From Candidatus Marinacidobacterales bacterium (GTDB taxonomy: Bacteria; Acidobacteriota; Vicinamibacteria; Marinacidobacterales; SMYC01), in NCBI GenBank assembly GCA_965237955.1, contig OZ250169.1, forward strand, positions 3,392,001 through 3,456,000: a stretch of DNA of 64,000 nt, in the 5' to 3' direction. The position numbers and the translations under genes are program-made. Each line of letters begins with the position of its first letter. Position 1 is the first letter of the stretch. The notes below the pieces were generated by a model. That model had not been told where the DNA came from, ran no database searches, and saw only the letters and a list, made by a program, of their open reading frames with translations. Below are positions 53,448-64,000 of this stretch, piece by piece.

Positions 53448-53525
53448 GTTCGACAGGGCCTTCGTAGGGAAAACACTACGCTAGATGTGGGGGGTCAGCG
53501 CCGCCAGGGACCCTCTAAATGCTTC

Positions 53526-53583
53526 TTGACAATAAGCTACTGGCTATCTTAGGATCTTAGTGGAACAGGGTGGAAGAAAGTGG
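53526..53583 (+). promoter_or_regulatory. dcw promoter with three MraZ boxes
   Basis: ttgaca (53526) N18 taggat, then GTGG at 53560, 53570 and 53580 (10-bp period). Confidence 0.85.
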
Positions 53584-53645
53584 TTTAAGCTCCATCAATT
53601 TGGCTTTCCGGGTGGTGGACCATCCGAGAAGGTCTGGGGGAGATC

Positions 53646-54092
53646 TTGACGTTGCTCCGGGGCAACCATCCCGCAAGTGTCGACGAGAAGGGGCGGCTCA
53701 AGATTCCAGCGAGCTTCCTCCAACTCATCGAGACGAACTACGGACTGGACGTCTTCGTCACCAGTCTTCGTGGGGACCACGTGCGGATCTACCCGATGGA
53801 CGTCTGGTCGGAGTTCGAGCGCAAGCTCGGGGCGATGCCTGATTTCCATCCAACGAAGCAGAAGCTTTTGAAGCGCGTCCATTTCTACGGACAGACTAAC
53901 ACACTGGACAAGCAAGGCCGACTCGTGATTCCGGCGCATCTTCGCGAATCGGCACAGATGAAGGGGAGCGTCGACGTGCTGGGGATGCAAGACCGTTTGG
54001 ATGTGTGGAACCACGAGGTTTTGAAGGGACAGCTCGACGACGAGCCGTTCACAGAGGACGACGAGCGCGCGATGGCCGAGTTCGACATCTGA
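53646..54092 (+). CDS. mraZ: Division/cell wall cluster repressor MraZ
   Basis: VDEKGRLKIP and LDKQGRLVIP repeats. Confidence 0.95.
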   Translation: MTLLRGNHPASVDEKGRLKIPASFLQLIETNYGLDVFVTSLRGDHVRIYPMDVWSEFERKLGAMPDFHPTKQKLLKRVHFYGQTNTLDKQGRLVIPAHLRESAQMKGSVDVLGMQDRLDVWNHEVLKGQLDDEPFTEDDERAMAEFDI

Positions 54093-54111
54093 GGCGCGGC
54101 GACGAGCGAGC

Positions 54112-55056
54112 GTGGCCATGGGGAAATTGGCGATCGGTGATTGGTTTGTGCCTGAAGACGGATTCGACGTGGACCGAGACGTATCGACACACAAACCCGT
54201 GCTTCTCGGAGAGGTCTTGCGGTTTTTGAATCCGCGCGCGGACGGTGTCTACGTGGATGCCACCCTCGGCGGCGGCGGGCACACCGAAGTGATCCTTCGC
54301 GCGAGCGCGCCGAGAGGGCGCGTTCTCGCGCTCGACCGCGACCCCGAAGCGATCCGTCGTACCGGCAAGCGGTTGGCGTCTTCTGGCGAGCGTCTACGAA
54401 CGGTGCTCGGCTCGTTCGCGGATTTGCGTGCGCACATCGAAGAAGACGGGCATGAGGCTGTGAACGGCATCGTGGCGGATCTGGGCCTTTCGAGCGATCA
54501 GCTCGGTAACCCGGACCGCGGATTTTCATTCTCGCTCGATGGTCCGCTCGATATGCGTTTCGATCCGTCGCAAGGTCCGACGGCTTCCGATCTCGTCAAC
54601 GAGCTCGCCGAAGGACAGCTGGCCGATCTCATCTGGGAGTACGGTGATGAACGCCGATCGCGCGCCATCGCGCGCCGTATCGTCTCGCGCCGTCCCATCG
54701 AAACGACGAAAGAGCTGCGCCGGGCGGTGGTTTCGGTTCTGGGTCCGAGGCGCCGGGGAATCGATCCCGCGACGCGCACGTTCCAAGCGCTGAGGATTGC
54801 CGTGAATCAGGAGCTCGCCGCGCTCGATGTCTTCCTCAAGCAAGCACCGCGATGTCTTCGGCCGGGCGGACGGTTGATCGTTATCTCGTACCACTCGCAC
54901 GAGGATCGCGCCGTGAAGTGGTCTTTTCGAGAGTTCGCACACGATCCCGAGTTTCACGTGTTGACCAAGAAACCGGTGGTGGCCGACGCACGTGCCGTTA
55001 CCGATAACCCGAGGGCGCGGAGCGCCAAGCTCCGCGCGATCGAGAGGGTTCTGTGA
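54112..55056 (+). CDS. rsmH: 16S rRNA m4C1402 methyltransferase (start may be 54169)
   Basis: HKPVLL, DATLGGGGH, DLGLSS, RGFSF, PLDMR, ATRTFQALRI, NPRARSAKLR. Confidence 0.96.
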   Translation: MAMGKLAIGDWFVPEDGFDVDRDVSTHKPVLLGEVLRFLNPRADGVYVDATLGGGGHTEVILRASAPRGRVLALDRDPEAIRRTGKRLASSGERLRTVLGSFADLRAHIEEDGHEAVNGIVADLGLSSDQLGNPDRGFSFSLDGPLDMRFDPSQGPTASDLVNELAEGQLADLIWEYGDERRSRAIARRIVSRRPIETTKELRRAVVSVLGPRRRGIDPATRTFQALRIAVNQELAALDVFLKQAPRCLRPGGRLIVISYHSHEDRAVKWSFREFAHDPEFHVLTKKPVVADARAVTDNPRARSAKLRAIERVL

Positions 55057-55436
55057 GGAACGAGCACTTCTTGATGAGCAAGCAAGTGCGCAACGAGCAG
55101 CTCGTGCGCGAGCTCGACGCCAAGCGCCACCGCGAGCTCTTCATGGTCGCGCTCACCGGGCTCGCGCTCACCGCCGCGGTGATTGCGTTCGCGTACCCGC
55201 ACTTCGAGATGATCCGGCTCGGCTACCGCATGGAGGAGCTGAGGGAACAACGCGAGGAGCTCGTCGAAGCCAAACGCCATCTCAAGCTCCAACGAGCCAC
55301 CGAGCTATCGCCGTCCCGAATCGAGTCGATCGCCATCGAGCAGCTGGGCATGGTGTATCCCGATGGCTCTCACCTCTTGACCCTCGAGCCGTTCGAGTCG
55401 GCCTCGATCGTCGAGCGCCCAACCGAATCAGAGTAA
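55053..55436 (+). CDS. ftsL: Cell division protein FtsL
   Basis: Single TM, coiled coil, SPSRIESIA..QLGM; position between rsmH and ftsI. Confidence 0.85.
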   Translation: MRNEHFLMSKQVRNEQLVRELDAKRHRELFMVALTGLALTAAVIAFAYPHFEMIRLGYRMEELREQREELVEAKRHLKLQRATELSPSRIESIAIEQLGMVYPDGSHLLTLEPFESASIVERPTESE

Positions 55437-55442
55437 AGGACC

Positions 55443-57608
55443 ATGAGCGAGAGCCGCACCCTGACCCAGTTCCAGATGAGGCTCCTGTTTCTGGGCTTTA
55501 CGACGTCGTTGTGGGTGCTCGCCGTCGGCGGGAGACTGTTCTATCTCACCGTGTCGATGCGCGACACGCTCCAAGAGCGAGCGGAGCTTCAACACCAGCA
55601 CACGCTGAAACTCGATCCTCGACGCGGCACCATCCGCGATCGGAACGGGCACCAGCTCGCAACCAGCGTCGAAGTGGAATCGGTCTATGCGGTGCCGAAG
55701 GCGTTCTCGGGTGCAAGCATCGAGCAAGCGGCGACGGTGCTCGCGTCGTGCCTGTCGCTACCTCGAGACAAGATCGCCGCGCGCCTCGACGGCGACAAGA
55801 GCTTCTCTTGGCTCGAGCGCAAAGCGAATCCACGAATGGTCGACTGTGTTCGCGATTTGAATCTGGCGAGCGTGGTCTTTGTTGCCGAAAGTCGCCGGTT
55901 CTATCCCAAGCGCGGCCTCGCCTCGCAAGTGCTCGGATACGTGGGGATCGACAATGAAGGGATGAGCGGCGTCGAGTACGCGCTCGAGGAAGAGATTCGT
56001 GGCGAGCCCGGACGCCGGGTCATTTGGACCGATGCAAAAAATCGCCGGGCGGCGAGCCGCGTCGAAGCTCGATCCCATGCGGGACGCTCGGCGTATCTGA
56101 CCATCGACGAGAATTTGCAATACATCGCCGAAACCGAGCTGGGCGCGGCGATTCGCGAGAGCGGCTCCAAAAGCGGCATTGCCCTGGTCATGCGCCCGCG
56201 CACGGGGGAGCTCTTGGCGATGGCATCGTTTCCGAGCTTCAACCCGAACCGATACGGGGACTATCCCGCAAGCCATTGGCGCAACCGTGCGGTGACGGAT
56301 GTGTACGAGCCCGGCTCGACGTTCAAGATCGTGGCCGCCGCGGCCGCGCTCGAGGAGAACGTCACCAACGAAGACGAGCGCATCGATTGTGGCCGCGGGA
56401 TGATCCAGATCGGCTCTCGTGTGATCCGTGACTCTCATTACTTCGACGTGTTGACATTTCGAGAGGTGGTCGAGAAGTCGTCGAACGTCGGCATGATTCG
56501 GATCGGCCAGCGGCTCGGGAAGGACCGGCTGGAACACTACGTCCACGCGTTCGGTTTCGGAGCGCCTTCCGGCGTCGAGCTTCCTGGGGAAAGCCGCGGC
56601 ATCTTGCGCCCGGCCGAGCGGTGGGGACCGGTGACGCTCGCGTCGATCTCGTTCGGTCAAGAGATCGGGGTGACGCCGCTCCAGATGGTGGCCGCTGCCA
56701 ACGTGGTAGCGACATCGGGCTATCTGATGCGGCCGCGCCTCCTGCTCGGCTTTGGCAATACCGACGGTAGGCTGGTTGCACCGTTCACGCCCACGCCCGA
56801 ACCGGTGCGCCGCGTCGTCAAAGAAGAGACGGCCCGACGATTGAAGGAGCTCCTCGTCGGTGCGGTCGAGCGCGGCACCGGCCAGCGCGCGCGCATCGAG
56901 GGGTATCGCGTCGCTGGCAAGACCGGAACCGCGCAAAAAGCGGTGCGCGGGGGCTACTCCAAAACCGACTACATTGCGTCGTTCGTCGGGTTCGCCCCGG
57001 CTGACACGCCGGAGCTGACGGCACTCGTCATTCTCGACTCCCCTATTGGCGATCACTCGGGCGCGCGGGCGGCGGCCGTCTTCGCCCGCATCGTGAAGCG
57101 GTCACTACGCTATCTCGGTGTGGCGCCCGAGGCAGAGCCGCCGCTCCGCATCGCCAAATTTTGGCCACAAAGCCGGCCTATCGTGGGAGCAAGGGAGCCT
57201 CGGTTGGCCGAGGGCCGGGAGAAACCCCAAAGTTTTGGAGCCCACCGAGTGGGTGGACTCGGAGGGCGGCCTGGACAGCCTCTAGAGGCGTCCGAGCCTA
57301 TGGGAAGGGCGGCACGGCAGGACGGTGTTCCCGATGTCTTAGGTCTTCCCGCTCGAGACGCGCTCGCGCGTTTCGTATCTCATGGCGAGGTACCTGAGAT
57401 TGTCGGGACGGGCAACGTCCTCGAGCAATACCCGACGCCGGGCATGCGTGTCGAGCCCGGAACGAGGGCGCGGCTGTATCTGGGCGTGGAGCCGGTCACG
57501 CCCCTCGACGTCGTTCCAAAGCTGCGACGGGGTGGCGCGATGACCGTCGCTGGTCTTGTTCGACCATCCTTCGCGCAAGGCTACGGGCTGGCAGCTGGAG
57601 TGGAATGA
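55443..57608 (+). CDS. ftsI: Class B penicillin-binding protein (PBP3) with PASTA domain
   Basis: RGTIRDRNG, EPGSTFK, SSN, KTGTAQK. Confidence 0.93.
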   Translation: MSESRTLTQFQMRLLFLGFTTSLWVLAVGGRLFYLTVSMRDTLQERAELQHQHTLKLDPRRGTIRDRNGHQLATSVEVESVYAVPKAFSGASIEQAATVLASCLSLPRDKIAARLDGDKSFSWLERKANPRMVDCVRDLNLASVVFVAESRRFYPKRGLASQVLGYVGIDNEGMSGVEYALEEEIRGEPGRRVIWTDAKNRRAASRVEARSHAGRSAYLTIDENLQYIAETELGAAIRESGSKSGIALVMRPRTGELLAMASFPSFNPNRYGDYPASHWRNRAVTDVYEPGSTFKIVAAAAALEENVTNEDERIDCGRGMIQIGSRVIRDSHYFDVLTFREVVEKSSNVGMIRIGQRLGKDRLEHYVHAFGFGAPSGVELPGESRGILRPAERWGPVTLASISFGQEIGVTPLQMVAAANVVATSGYLMRPRLLLGFGNTDGRLVAPFTPTPEPVRRVVKEETARRLKELLVGAVERGTGQRARIEGYRVAGKTGTAQKAVRGGYSKTDYIASFVGFAPADTPELTALVILDSPIGDHSGARAAAVFARIVKRSLRYLGVAPEAEPPLRIAKFWPQSRPIVGAREPRLAEGREKPQSFGAHRVGGLGGRPGQPLEASEPMGRAARQDGVPDVLGLPARDALARFVSHGEVPEIVGTGNVLEQYPTPGMRVEPGTRARLYLGVEPVTPLDVVPKLRRGGAMTVAGLVRPSFAQGYGLAAGVE

Positions 57609-57673
57609 AATTCCTGATAGACGATAGCGCGTTAGGGAGTGGTCCTGTGGAAAAGACTCGATCGAGGCGAGCG

Positions 57674-59128
57674 GTGAGACTCACCGAGCTTCTCAGTCTC
57701 GTCCCGCTTCAGACCGTAAACGGACCGCGCGACGTTTCGATACACGGAGTAACCGCCGATTCTCGAAACGTGGAGGAAGGATTTCTTTTCGTCGCCATCG
57801 AAGGCGAAACCACCGACGGCCACTTGTTCGTGGACGATGCCGTCGTAAGAGGCGCGGTAGCCATCGTCAGCGAGCGTGAGGTCGAGCGCGAACGGGTGAC
57901 ATGGGTGCAGACGCCGGACGCCCGGCAAGCGGCGGGTGTGTTGTCCGCGAGAGCCGCTGGCGATCCGGCGACGAAGATGGATCTCGTCGGTATCACCGGG
58001 ACTAACGGGAAGACGACAACGGCGTTTCTCGTCGATGGTCTCTTGTCACGTCTCAACCCGCCGGCTGCGATGATGGGCACGGTGGTCGCGAAGATCGGTG
58101 CGCGTACGTGGCCGACGCGCCACACCACGCCCGAAGCTCCTATTCTCCAAGATTTTCTGGCGGAAGCGCTCGAGGCAGGTTGCGGTTACGGCGCCCTGGA
58201 AGTCTCGTCGCATGGCTTGCAGCTTGCGCGGTTGGAAGGCACCGAGTTCGCGGTAGCGGTGTTCACCAACTTGTCGCGCGATCACCTTGATTTTCATCGA
58301 GACATGGAGGACTACTTTCTCAGCAAGCGGAAGCTCTTCACGCGCTACTTGCGTCCCACCGGAACCGCGGTGGTCTGTATCGACGATGCCTATGGCGAGC
58401 GTCTCGCGTCCGAGCTCTCGTCGCGCGTGCTCACGTACGGTTTCGCGGACACGGCGGATATCTCCATTCGCGAAGTCGACGCGTCGCTCGCGGGAGTTAG
58501 GCTCGTGTTCCGCGAGGGACACGTGTCGCACGAGATCAAGAGTGCGCTCTTGGGGCGCTACAACGCGCTCAATCTCGTGGCGGCGTTTGCCGCGGTGCGG
58601 GCTCTCGGCTTCGCGACCGAGGAGGTACTCGAGACTATCGAGCAAATAGCGGGGGCACCCGGTCGATTCGAACGAGTCGACGTCGGCCTGCCGTTCGATA
58701 TCGTCGTGGACTACGCCCACACCGACGACGCGCTGCGGAAGCTTCTCGAAGCCGCGCGGCCGTTGACGCGCGGAAAGCTCTGGGTGGTGTTCGGATGCGG
58801 CGGCGAGCGGGACCGCACCAAACGCCCGCTCATGGGTGACGTTGCGGCCCGGCTCGCCGATCGCGTCGTGCTCACGTCGGACAATCCTCGTGGCGAGGAT
58901 CCGGCGGCCATCATTCGTGAGATCCAACTCGGCGTGAAAGACGCCGCGGTCGAGATCGAGCCCGATCGCCGGCGTGCGATCGGGCTGGCCCTCGCGGGCG
59001 CGCGAGGGGGAGACCTCGTCGTGATCGCGGGTAAGGGCCACGAACCCTACCAGATCGTCGGAGACGACGTCCTGACCTTCGATGACCGCGATGCCGTTCG
59101 TGAGCTCGCGAAAGAGGTCGCTTCGTGA
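57674..59128 (+). CDS. murE: UDP-MurNAc-dipeptide--meso-DAP ligase
   Basis: GTNGKTT, TTPE, EVSSH, NLSRDHLD, DYAHT, DNPR, AGKGHE. Confidence 0.96.
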   Translation: MRLTELLSLVPLQTVNGPRDVSIHGVTADSRNVEEGFLFVAIEGETTDGHLFVDDAVVRGAVAIVSEREVERERVTWVQTPDARQAAGVLSARAAGDPATKMDLVGITGTNGKTTTAFLVDGLLSRLNPPAAMMGTVVAKIGARTWPTRHTTPEAPILQDFLAEALEAGCGYGALEVSSHGLQLARLEGTEFAVAVFTNLSRDHLDFHRDMEDYFLSKRKLFTRYLRPTGTAVVCIDDAYGERLASELSSRVLTYGFADTADISIREVDASLAGVRLVFREGHVSHEIKSALLGRYNALNLVAAFAAVRALGFATEEVLETIEQIAGAPGRFERVDVGLPFDIVVDYAHTDDALRKLLEAARPLTRGKLWVVFGCGGERDRTKRPLMGDVAARLADRVVLTSDNPRGEDPAAIIREIQLGVKDAAVEIEPDRRRAIGLALAGARGGDLVVIAGKGHEPYQIVGDDVLTFDDRDAVRELAKEVAS

Positions 59129-60537
59129 AATTGACGGCACGCGACATTGCGCGCTTCACGCGCGGGAAGCTCGTGTCGGGCTCGGCGGACTCGGTTGATT
59201 CGGTAATCAGTGCCGTCTCTATCGACACTCGAACGATCGAGCACGGCGACTTGTTCGTCGCCATCCGAGGACCGCACAGAGACGGGCACGACTACCTCGC
59301 GAACGCGCTCGAAAGCGGCGCCGCCGGGATCGTTGTCTCACAGCCGATCGAGATCGAGGGCTCGGCATTTCAAGTGCAGGTGAAGGACACGACTCGGGCG
59401 CTTCAAGACCTCGCACAGGTTGTGCGCGAGCGCGCTCGGCTTCGTGTCGTCGCGATCACCGGAAGCATGGGGAAGACGACGACGAAAGAAGCCGCCGCCG
59501 CTGCCATGGGTACGCGTCGTCGGGTCTTGAAAACCGAGGGAAACCTGAACAACCTCTACGGCCTGCCGCTGTCGATTCTGAAGCTTCGCGACGAGGACGT
59601 CGCCGTTCTCGAGATGGGTATGTCCGAGCCCGGTGAAATCGCCCGGCTCGCCGAGATTGCGAAGCCCGACGTAGGTGTGCTCACCAACGTCGCCGAAGTG
59701 CACCTCGAGTTCTTCGATTCGATCTCGGAGATCGCCGACGCGAAGGGGGAGCTTCTGCTCGGTCTCGCGGGTGACGCCGTGGCGGTCGTCAACGCGGACG
59801 ATCCACTCGTGCTCGAGCAAGCGCGCAAGTTCGCCGGCCGTCAGATTCGGTTCGGGCTCACCCCGAGCTCTGATTTGCGGGCGCGTCAGATCCGCTCTAC
59901 CTCGGCGGGACTTCGTTTCCACGCGGAAGAAGGGGAGCGCTCGGTGGAAGTGACGTCGTCGCTCCACGGGCGCCACAACGTGTACAACTTGCTCGCGGGG
60001 CTCGCGGCGGCACGAGCGCTCGACGTGCCACTCGAGGAGGCTGCATCCGGGTTGGCGTCGCTATCGCCGGAACGCCATCGAGGCGAGAGGATTTCACTTC
60101 CAGGTGACATTCTTCTCATCGATGAGACCTACAACTCGAATCCTAGGGCGCTTATCTGCGCTCTCGACGCTCTGGTCATCGATGAAGAGGACGAGGCTGA
60201 GGACCAGAGACGCCGCGTGGCCGTGGTCGGCGACATGCTCGAGCTCGGACCCAAAGCTTCGGAACTTCACCGTGAAGTCGGCCGACACGCGGCCACGCTC
60301 GACCTCGGTCTCTTTGTGGGGGTGGGCCCGCTCGGAGGTGAAATCGTCGACGGCGCGCGCGAAGCCGGCATGGCGGAAGCGAAGCTCGCGACATGTGACG
60401 ATGCCGCCGAAGCCGGCACACTCCTCGAGCGGAGCCTCGTCGAGGGCGATTCCGTGTTGGTGAAGGGCTCACGCGGGGTTGGTCTCGACGAAACGATCGA
60501 ATTGGTGAAGCGCGCCCTCTCCGAGGGAGAGAGCTGA
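59125..60537 (+). CDS. murF: UDP-MurNAc-tripeptide--D-Ala-D-Ala ligase
   Basis: [32 protein letters not shown]. Confidence 0.96.
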   Translation: MKLTARDIARFTRGKLVSGSADSVDSVISAVSIDTRTIEHGDLFVAIRGPHRDGHDYLANALESGAAGIVVSQPIEIEGSAFQVQVKDTTRALQDLAQVVRERARLRVVAITGSMGKTTTKEAAAAAMGTRRRVLKTEGNLNNLYGLPLSILKLRDEDVAVLEMGMSEPGEIARLAEIAKPDVGVLTNVAEVHLEFFDSISEIADAKGELLLGLAGDAVAVVNADDPLVLEQARKFAGRQIRFGLTPSSDLRARQIRSTSAGLRFHAEEGERSVEVTSSLHGRHNVYNLLAGLAAARALDVPLEEAASGLASLSPERHRGERISLPGDILLIDETYNSNPRALICALDALVIDEEDEAEDQRRRVAVVGDMLELGPKASELHREVGRHAATLDLGLFVGVGPLGGEIVDGAREAGMAEAKLATCDDAAEAGTLLERSLVEGDSVLVKGSRGVGLDETIELVKRALSEGES

Positions 60538-61622
60538 TGCTCTACCATCTTCTCTATCCGCTTCACACCGATTACTCGTTCTTCAACGTGTTCCGCTACG
60601 TTACGTTCCGGACTGCGTCGGCAACGCTCACGGCTCTCGCGATCTCGTTCGTGATGGGACCGTGGCTCATCGCCCGCTTGCGACAGTTTCAAATCGGGCA
60701 GCACATTCGCCTGGAAGGGCCCGAAGCGCATCGCTCCAAAGCGGGAACACCGACGATGGGCGGTGTTCTCATTTTGACCGCGGTCGTGGTGCCGACACTT
60801 CTGTGGGCGAACTTGACGAACGTTTTCATTTGGGTCGCGCTCGGAACGACGGTGGCTTTCGGTCTCATCGGGTTCACCGACGATTACCTGAAGATCGTGC
60901 GCAAACAGTCGCGGGGTTTGTCCGCGCGGGCGAAAATCCTGCTGCAGACGAGCTGCGCGGTCGTGATCGGTCTTTTGCTGTACGACATGTCGCGACACGG
61001 CGACTACTCGACCGTACTGTTGTTTCCATTCTTCAAGGATGTCCGACCCGATCTCGCGTGGCTGTTCGTTCCGTTCGCGATCCTTCTTCTCGTGGGCGCG
61101 TCCAACGCCGTGAATCTCACCGACGGCCTCGACGGTCTCGCTATCGGGACCGTTCTCATCGCCGCGGCGGCCTACACCGTTCTCACCTACGTGACCGGGC
61201 ACGCTCAGTTTTCCGCGTATTTGGATTTGATCCACATCCCGCGCATTTGGGAGCTCGCTATTTTCGGGGGCGCGATGGTAGGCGCGAGCTTGGGTTTTCT
61301 GTGGTTCAACTGTTACCCGGCTCAGCTTTTCATGGGCGACGTGGGCTCGCTCGCTCTCGGCAGTGCCATCGGTACCGTGGCGCTCCTCATCAAGCAGGAG
61401 CTTTTGCTCGTGCTCGTGGGCGGCGTGTTCGTTCTCGAAGCGCTTTCGGTCATTGTTCAAGTGTCGTCGTTCAAGCTCACGGGAAAGCGTGTGTTTCGTA
61501 TGGCGCCGCTCCACCACCATTTCGAGCTCGCGGGGTGGAGCGAGCCCAAGATCATCATCCGTTTCTGGATCCTCGGGATCATGTTCGCGCTTGCGAGCTT
61601 GACGACATTGAAGCTGAGGTGA
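60537..61622 (+). CDS. mraY: Phospho-N-acetylmuramoyl-pentapeptide transferase
   Basis: [39 protein letters not shown]. Confidence 0.97.
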   Translation: MLYHLLYPLHTDYSFFNVFRYVTFRTASATLTALAISFVMGPWLIARLRQFQIGQHIRLEGPEAHRSKAGTPTMGGVLILTAVVVPTLLWANLTNVFIWVALGTTVAFGLIGFTDDYLKIVRKQSRGLSARAKILLQTSCAVVIGLLLYDMSRHGDYSTVLLFPFFKDVRPDLAWLFVPFAILLLVGASNAVNLTDGLDGLAIGTVLIAAAAYTVLTYVTGHAQFSAYLDLIHIPRIWELAIFGGAMVGASLGFLWFNCYPAQLFMGDVGSLALGSAIGTVALLIKQELLLVLVGGVFVLEALSVIVQVSSFKLTGKRVFRMAPLHHHFELAGWSEPKIIIRFWILGIMFALASLTTLKLR

Positions 61623-61643
61623 GGGGGGACGTGGCGGTAACTC

Positions 61644-63023
61644 ATGAGCGACGACTACCCGAACCGTCGAGCCCTCGTCATAGGACTCGGCCGGAGCGGT
61701 GTCGCTGCGTGCGCGCTGTTGCGGGCGAGAGGGGCGCAGGTTGTCGCTACCGATCGGAGATCGCGCGACGAGCTCGATGCGGAAGCGTTGGCGGTCCATG
61801 CAGATCTCGACGAGCTCGACGAGCTGGTACTGGGCTCCCATCCAATCGAGCTCGTCAACGACGTCGACTTGATCGTGTTGAGTCCGGGAGTGGCCTTGTC
61901 TCTGCCACTTCTCGTCGAAGCGCGCCGACGTTCGATCCCGATATGGAGCGAGCTCGAGCTCGGGTTTCGGCATGTGAGAGGACCCGTGGTTGCCGTGACC
62001 GGCACCAAGGGCAAGTCCACCACGTCGACGCTCATCCGCGACATGTTGCGGGCGAGCGGACGGGAGCCACGGCTTGTGGGGAACATCGGAGCACCGCTGT
62101 CCGCAGAGCTCGATGGCGCGAGCTCGGAGACCGTGTTCGTGGTCGAGGTCTCGAGCTTTCAGCTCGAGACTATCGATTCGTTTCGACCCCAGGTAGCGGT
62201 GCTTCTCGATGTGAGCCCGGATCATCTCGACTGGCATCCGACGTTCGACGACTACGTGCGCGCCAAGGCCCGAATTTTCGAGAACCAGCGCCGGGACGAT
62301 TGGGCCGTCGTCTACGGCGGCAATCCAATGACGGTGACTATGGCGTCTAAAGGGAAATCGCGAAAGCTGTATTTCGATCTCGATTGCCTGGGGGAGAAGT
62401 ATCCGCACGTGCACAAGGAAGGACCGTGGATTGTGTGGCACGACGATGGTGAGACGACACCGCTGGCATCGCTCGACGAGCTCACCGTGCCGGGGGAGCA
62501 CAACCGCGTGAACGCGATGGCGGCATCTGCGGCCGCAGCGCTACTCGGCGCGTCGGGAGACGCCCTCGAAGAGGCGTTCGAGCAATTCGAAGGGCTGCCC
62601 CATGCCCTCGAGCGCGTCGCAGAGATCGGTGGGGTGCGCTTCTACAACGATTCGAAGGCCACCAACATCCAGGCGGTGCGTGCCGCGCTCGAAAGCTTCG
62701 ATGGACCGGTGGTGTTGATCCTCGGCGGACGTTTTAAAGGCGGCGACTTCCGCGACCTGCGCGACGCGACCGCCCGAAGCGTCAAGCTCGTTCTCGCCAT
62801 CGGCGAGAGCCGAGACCAGGTGAAGGCCGCTCTTGAAGACGTCGCCACCGTCGATGTTTGTGATGACTTGGAGTCGGCCGTCGAACAAGCGCACGCGAGC
62901 GCCGTGAAAGGCGACGTGGTGCTGCTGTCGCCAGCGGGTTCGAGCTTCGACATGTTCAAGGATTATCGTGAGCGCGGGGAACGATTCCGCGAGATCGTTC
63001 ACCGGCTGGAGGCGGAATCGTGA
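61644..63023 (+). CDS. murD: UDP-MurNAc-L-Ala--D-Glu ligase
   Basis: GLGRSG, SPGV, TGTKGKSTT, EVSSFQLE, DHLDWH, NDSKATN, SFDMF. Confidence 0.96.
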   Translation: MSDDYPNRRALVIGLGRSGVAACALLRARGAQVVATDRRSRDELDAEALAVHADLDELDELVLGSHPIELVNDVDLIVLSPGVALSLPLLVEARRRSIPIWSELELGFRHVRGPVVAVTGTKGKSTTSTLIRDMLRASGREPRLVGNIGAPLSAELDGASSETVFVVEVSSFQLETIDSFRPQVAVLLDVSPDHLDWHPTFDDYVRAKARIFENQRRDDWAVVYGGNPMTVTMASKGKSRKLYFDLDCLGEKYPHVHKEGPWIVWHDDGETTPLASLDELTVPGEHNRVNAMAASAAAALLGASGDALEEAFEQFEGLPHALERVAEIGGVRFYNDSKATNIQAVRAALESFDGPVVLILGGRFKGGDFRDLRDATARSVKLVLAIGESRDQVKAALEDVATVDVCDDLESAVEQAHASAVKGDVVLLSPAGSSFDMFKDYRERGERFREIVHRLEAES

Positions 63024-63036
63024 TGCGCGCGCTGCC

Positions 63037-63098
63037 GCCATCAGCCGTCAGCCGTCAGCCATCAGCTGACTGCGGGCCGATGGCCGATGGCCGATGGC
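63037..63098. repeat. Inverted 7-bp array pair without cargo gene
   Basis: gccatca gccgtca gccgtca gccatca - 13 bp - cgatggc cgatggc cgatggc. Confidence 0.9.
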
Positions 63099-63113
63099 CG
63101 GGGGCGGTTTGAC

Positions 63114-64000
63114 ATGGCCGTCAAACTATCGCCCGACCGGACGCTTTTCATCACCACGGTTGGGCTCGTGTCGTTTGGGCTGGTCATGCTCTATAGTGCG
63201 TCGGCCGTCGTTGCGCACGAAGCGCACAGGAGCTCTCACTTCTTTTTGGTGAAGCAGGCGCTGTGGGCGGCCGTCGGTCTTCTGATGATGCTCGCGCTCA
63301 CGCGATTCGATTATCGGAAGCTGAAACACCCCGTGGTCGTCTACGGCCTTCTCGGTGTGACCGTCGCGCTTCTCGTCGGCGTCTTGTTCACACCACCCCT
63401 CAAAAACGCACATCGCTGGATTCGGATCGGGCTTCTGTCGTTTCAGCCCTCGGAGCTAGCGAAGCTCACGCTCGTTCTCGGCCTTGCGTATCAGTTGGAG
63501 AAGCGTCGGCATCGCTTGAGCGAGTTCGTTTCCGGGTGGCTACCGCCGCTCGTCATCACCGGCCTTCTCGCGTTTCTCGTTTTGATCGAGCCGGACTACA
63601 GCACCGCGATCTGTCTCGTGTTCATCGCCACGTGCGTGTTCTTCGTGTCCGGTGTCCCGATACGCCAGCTCGTCGGGCTTGCGGTGGCTTCGGCGCCGGT
63701 CTTGATCTGGCTGGTGTTGAGCGAGGACTACCGGCGCGAGCGCCTTCTCGTGTTCCTCGATCCGTTCAGCGATCCATTGGGCAAAGGCTTTCAAGTCATC
63801 CAGTCGTTCATCGCTTTTGGCTCGGGCGGAGTGTTGGGAAACGGCTTCATGCGAAGCCAGCAAAAACTCTTCTATTTGCCGGAGCCCCACTCCGATTTCA
63901 TCTTCTCGGTGATCGGTGAGGAGCTCGGGCTAATAGGTGCGCTCGCCCTGGTTGCGGCGTTTTGCGTTCTCCTGTGGCGCGGCCTCGTCATTGCGGGCCG
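63114..64000 (+). CDS. ftsW: SEDS peptidoglycan polymerase FtsW, partial
   Basis: Manual translation MAVKLSPD...GLVMLYSAS...RWI...FQPSELAK...EPDY...LPEPHSDFIFSVIGEELG; runs off the window. Confidence 0.95.
   Translation, partial: MAVKLSPDRTLFITTVGLVSFGLVMLYSASAVVAHEAHRSSHFFLVKQALWAAVGLLMMLALTRFDYRKLKHPVVVYGLLGVTVALLVGVLFTPPLKNAHRWIRIGLLSFQPSELAKLTLVLGLAYQLEKRRHRLSEFVSGWLPPLVITGLLAFLVLIEPDYSTAICLVFIATCVFFVSGVPIRQLVGLAVASAPVLIWLVLSEDYRRERLLVFLDPFSDPLGKGFQVIQSFIAFGSGGVLGNGFMRSQQKLFYLPEPHSDFIFSVIGEELGLIGALALVAAFCVLLWRGLVIAG

Noticed and set aside
54121-54150. Degenerate 7-bp periodicity between mraZ and the rsmH core
   Set aside because: Only three poor units; may be chance or part of the rsmH N-terminus.

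Overview
GC-rich bacterial chromosomal window, most likely Acidobacteriota (Vicinamibacteria-like; inferred from gene content, not from a search). The right part (42.7-64 kb) is intact housekeeping DNA: lpxC with a sigma-54 promoter, a topoisomerase IV-like A/B pair, AsmA, two GT2 glycosyltransferases, a motif-degenerate YchF, and the dcw cluster mraZ-rsmH-ftsL-ftsI-murE-murF-mraY-murD-ftsW. The left part (1-42.7 kb) mixes intact genes (tRNA-Leu, carD, plsC, glnA, pckA, gpmA, an octaheme cytochrome c-TPR, an ABC exporter) with many frameshifted, truncated or deletion-fused genes, two IS5/IS903-group copies and a 125-bp CTAG-targeting MITE. The least explained structure is a set of intergenic inverted arrays of short tandem repeats with periods of 6, 7 and 8 bp. 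One 7-mer pair brackets a four-helix-bundle (TIGR02436/Avd-like) gene, the same pair occurs empty between murD and ftsW, and single arms follow other stop codons. This suggests an autonomous/non-autonomous repeat-cassette system (inference). Other leads: an S1/P1-nuclease homolog lacking most zinc ligands, a YchF with altered Walker motifs, and an Omp85 plus secreted kinase-like gene pair. No CRISPR array, rRNA or prophage was seen. All family assignments are by motif recognition only.
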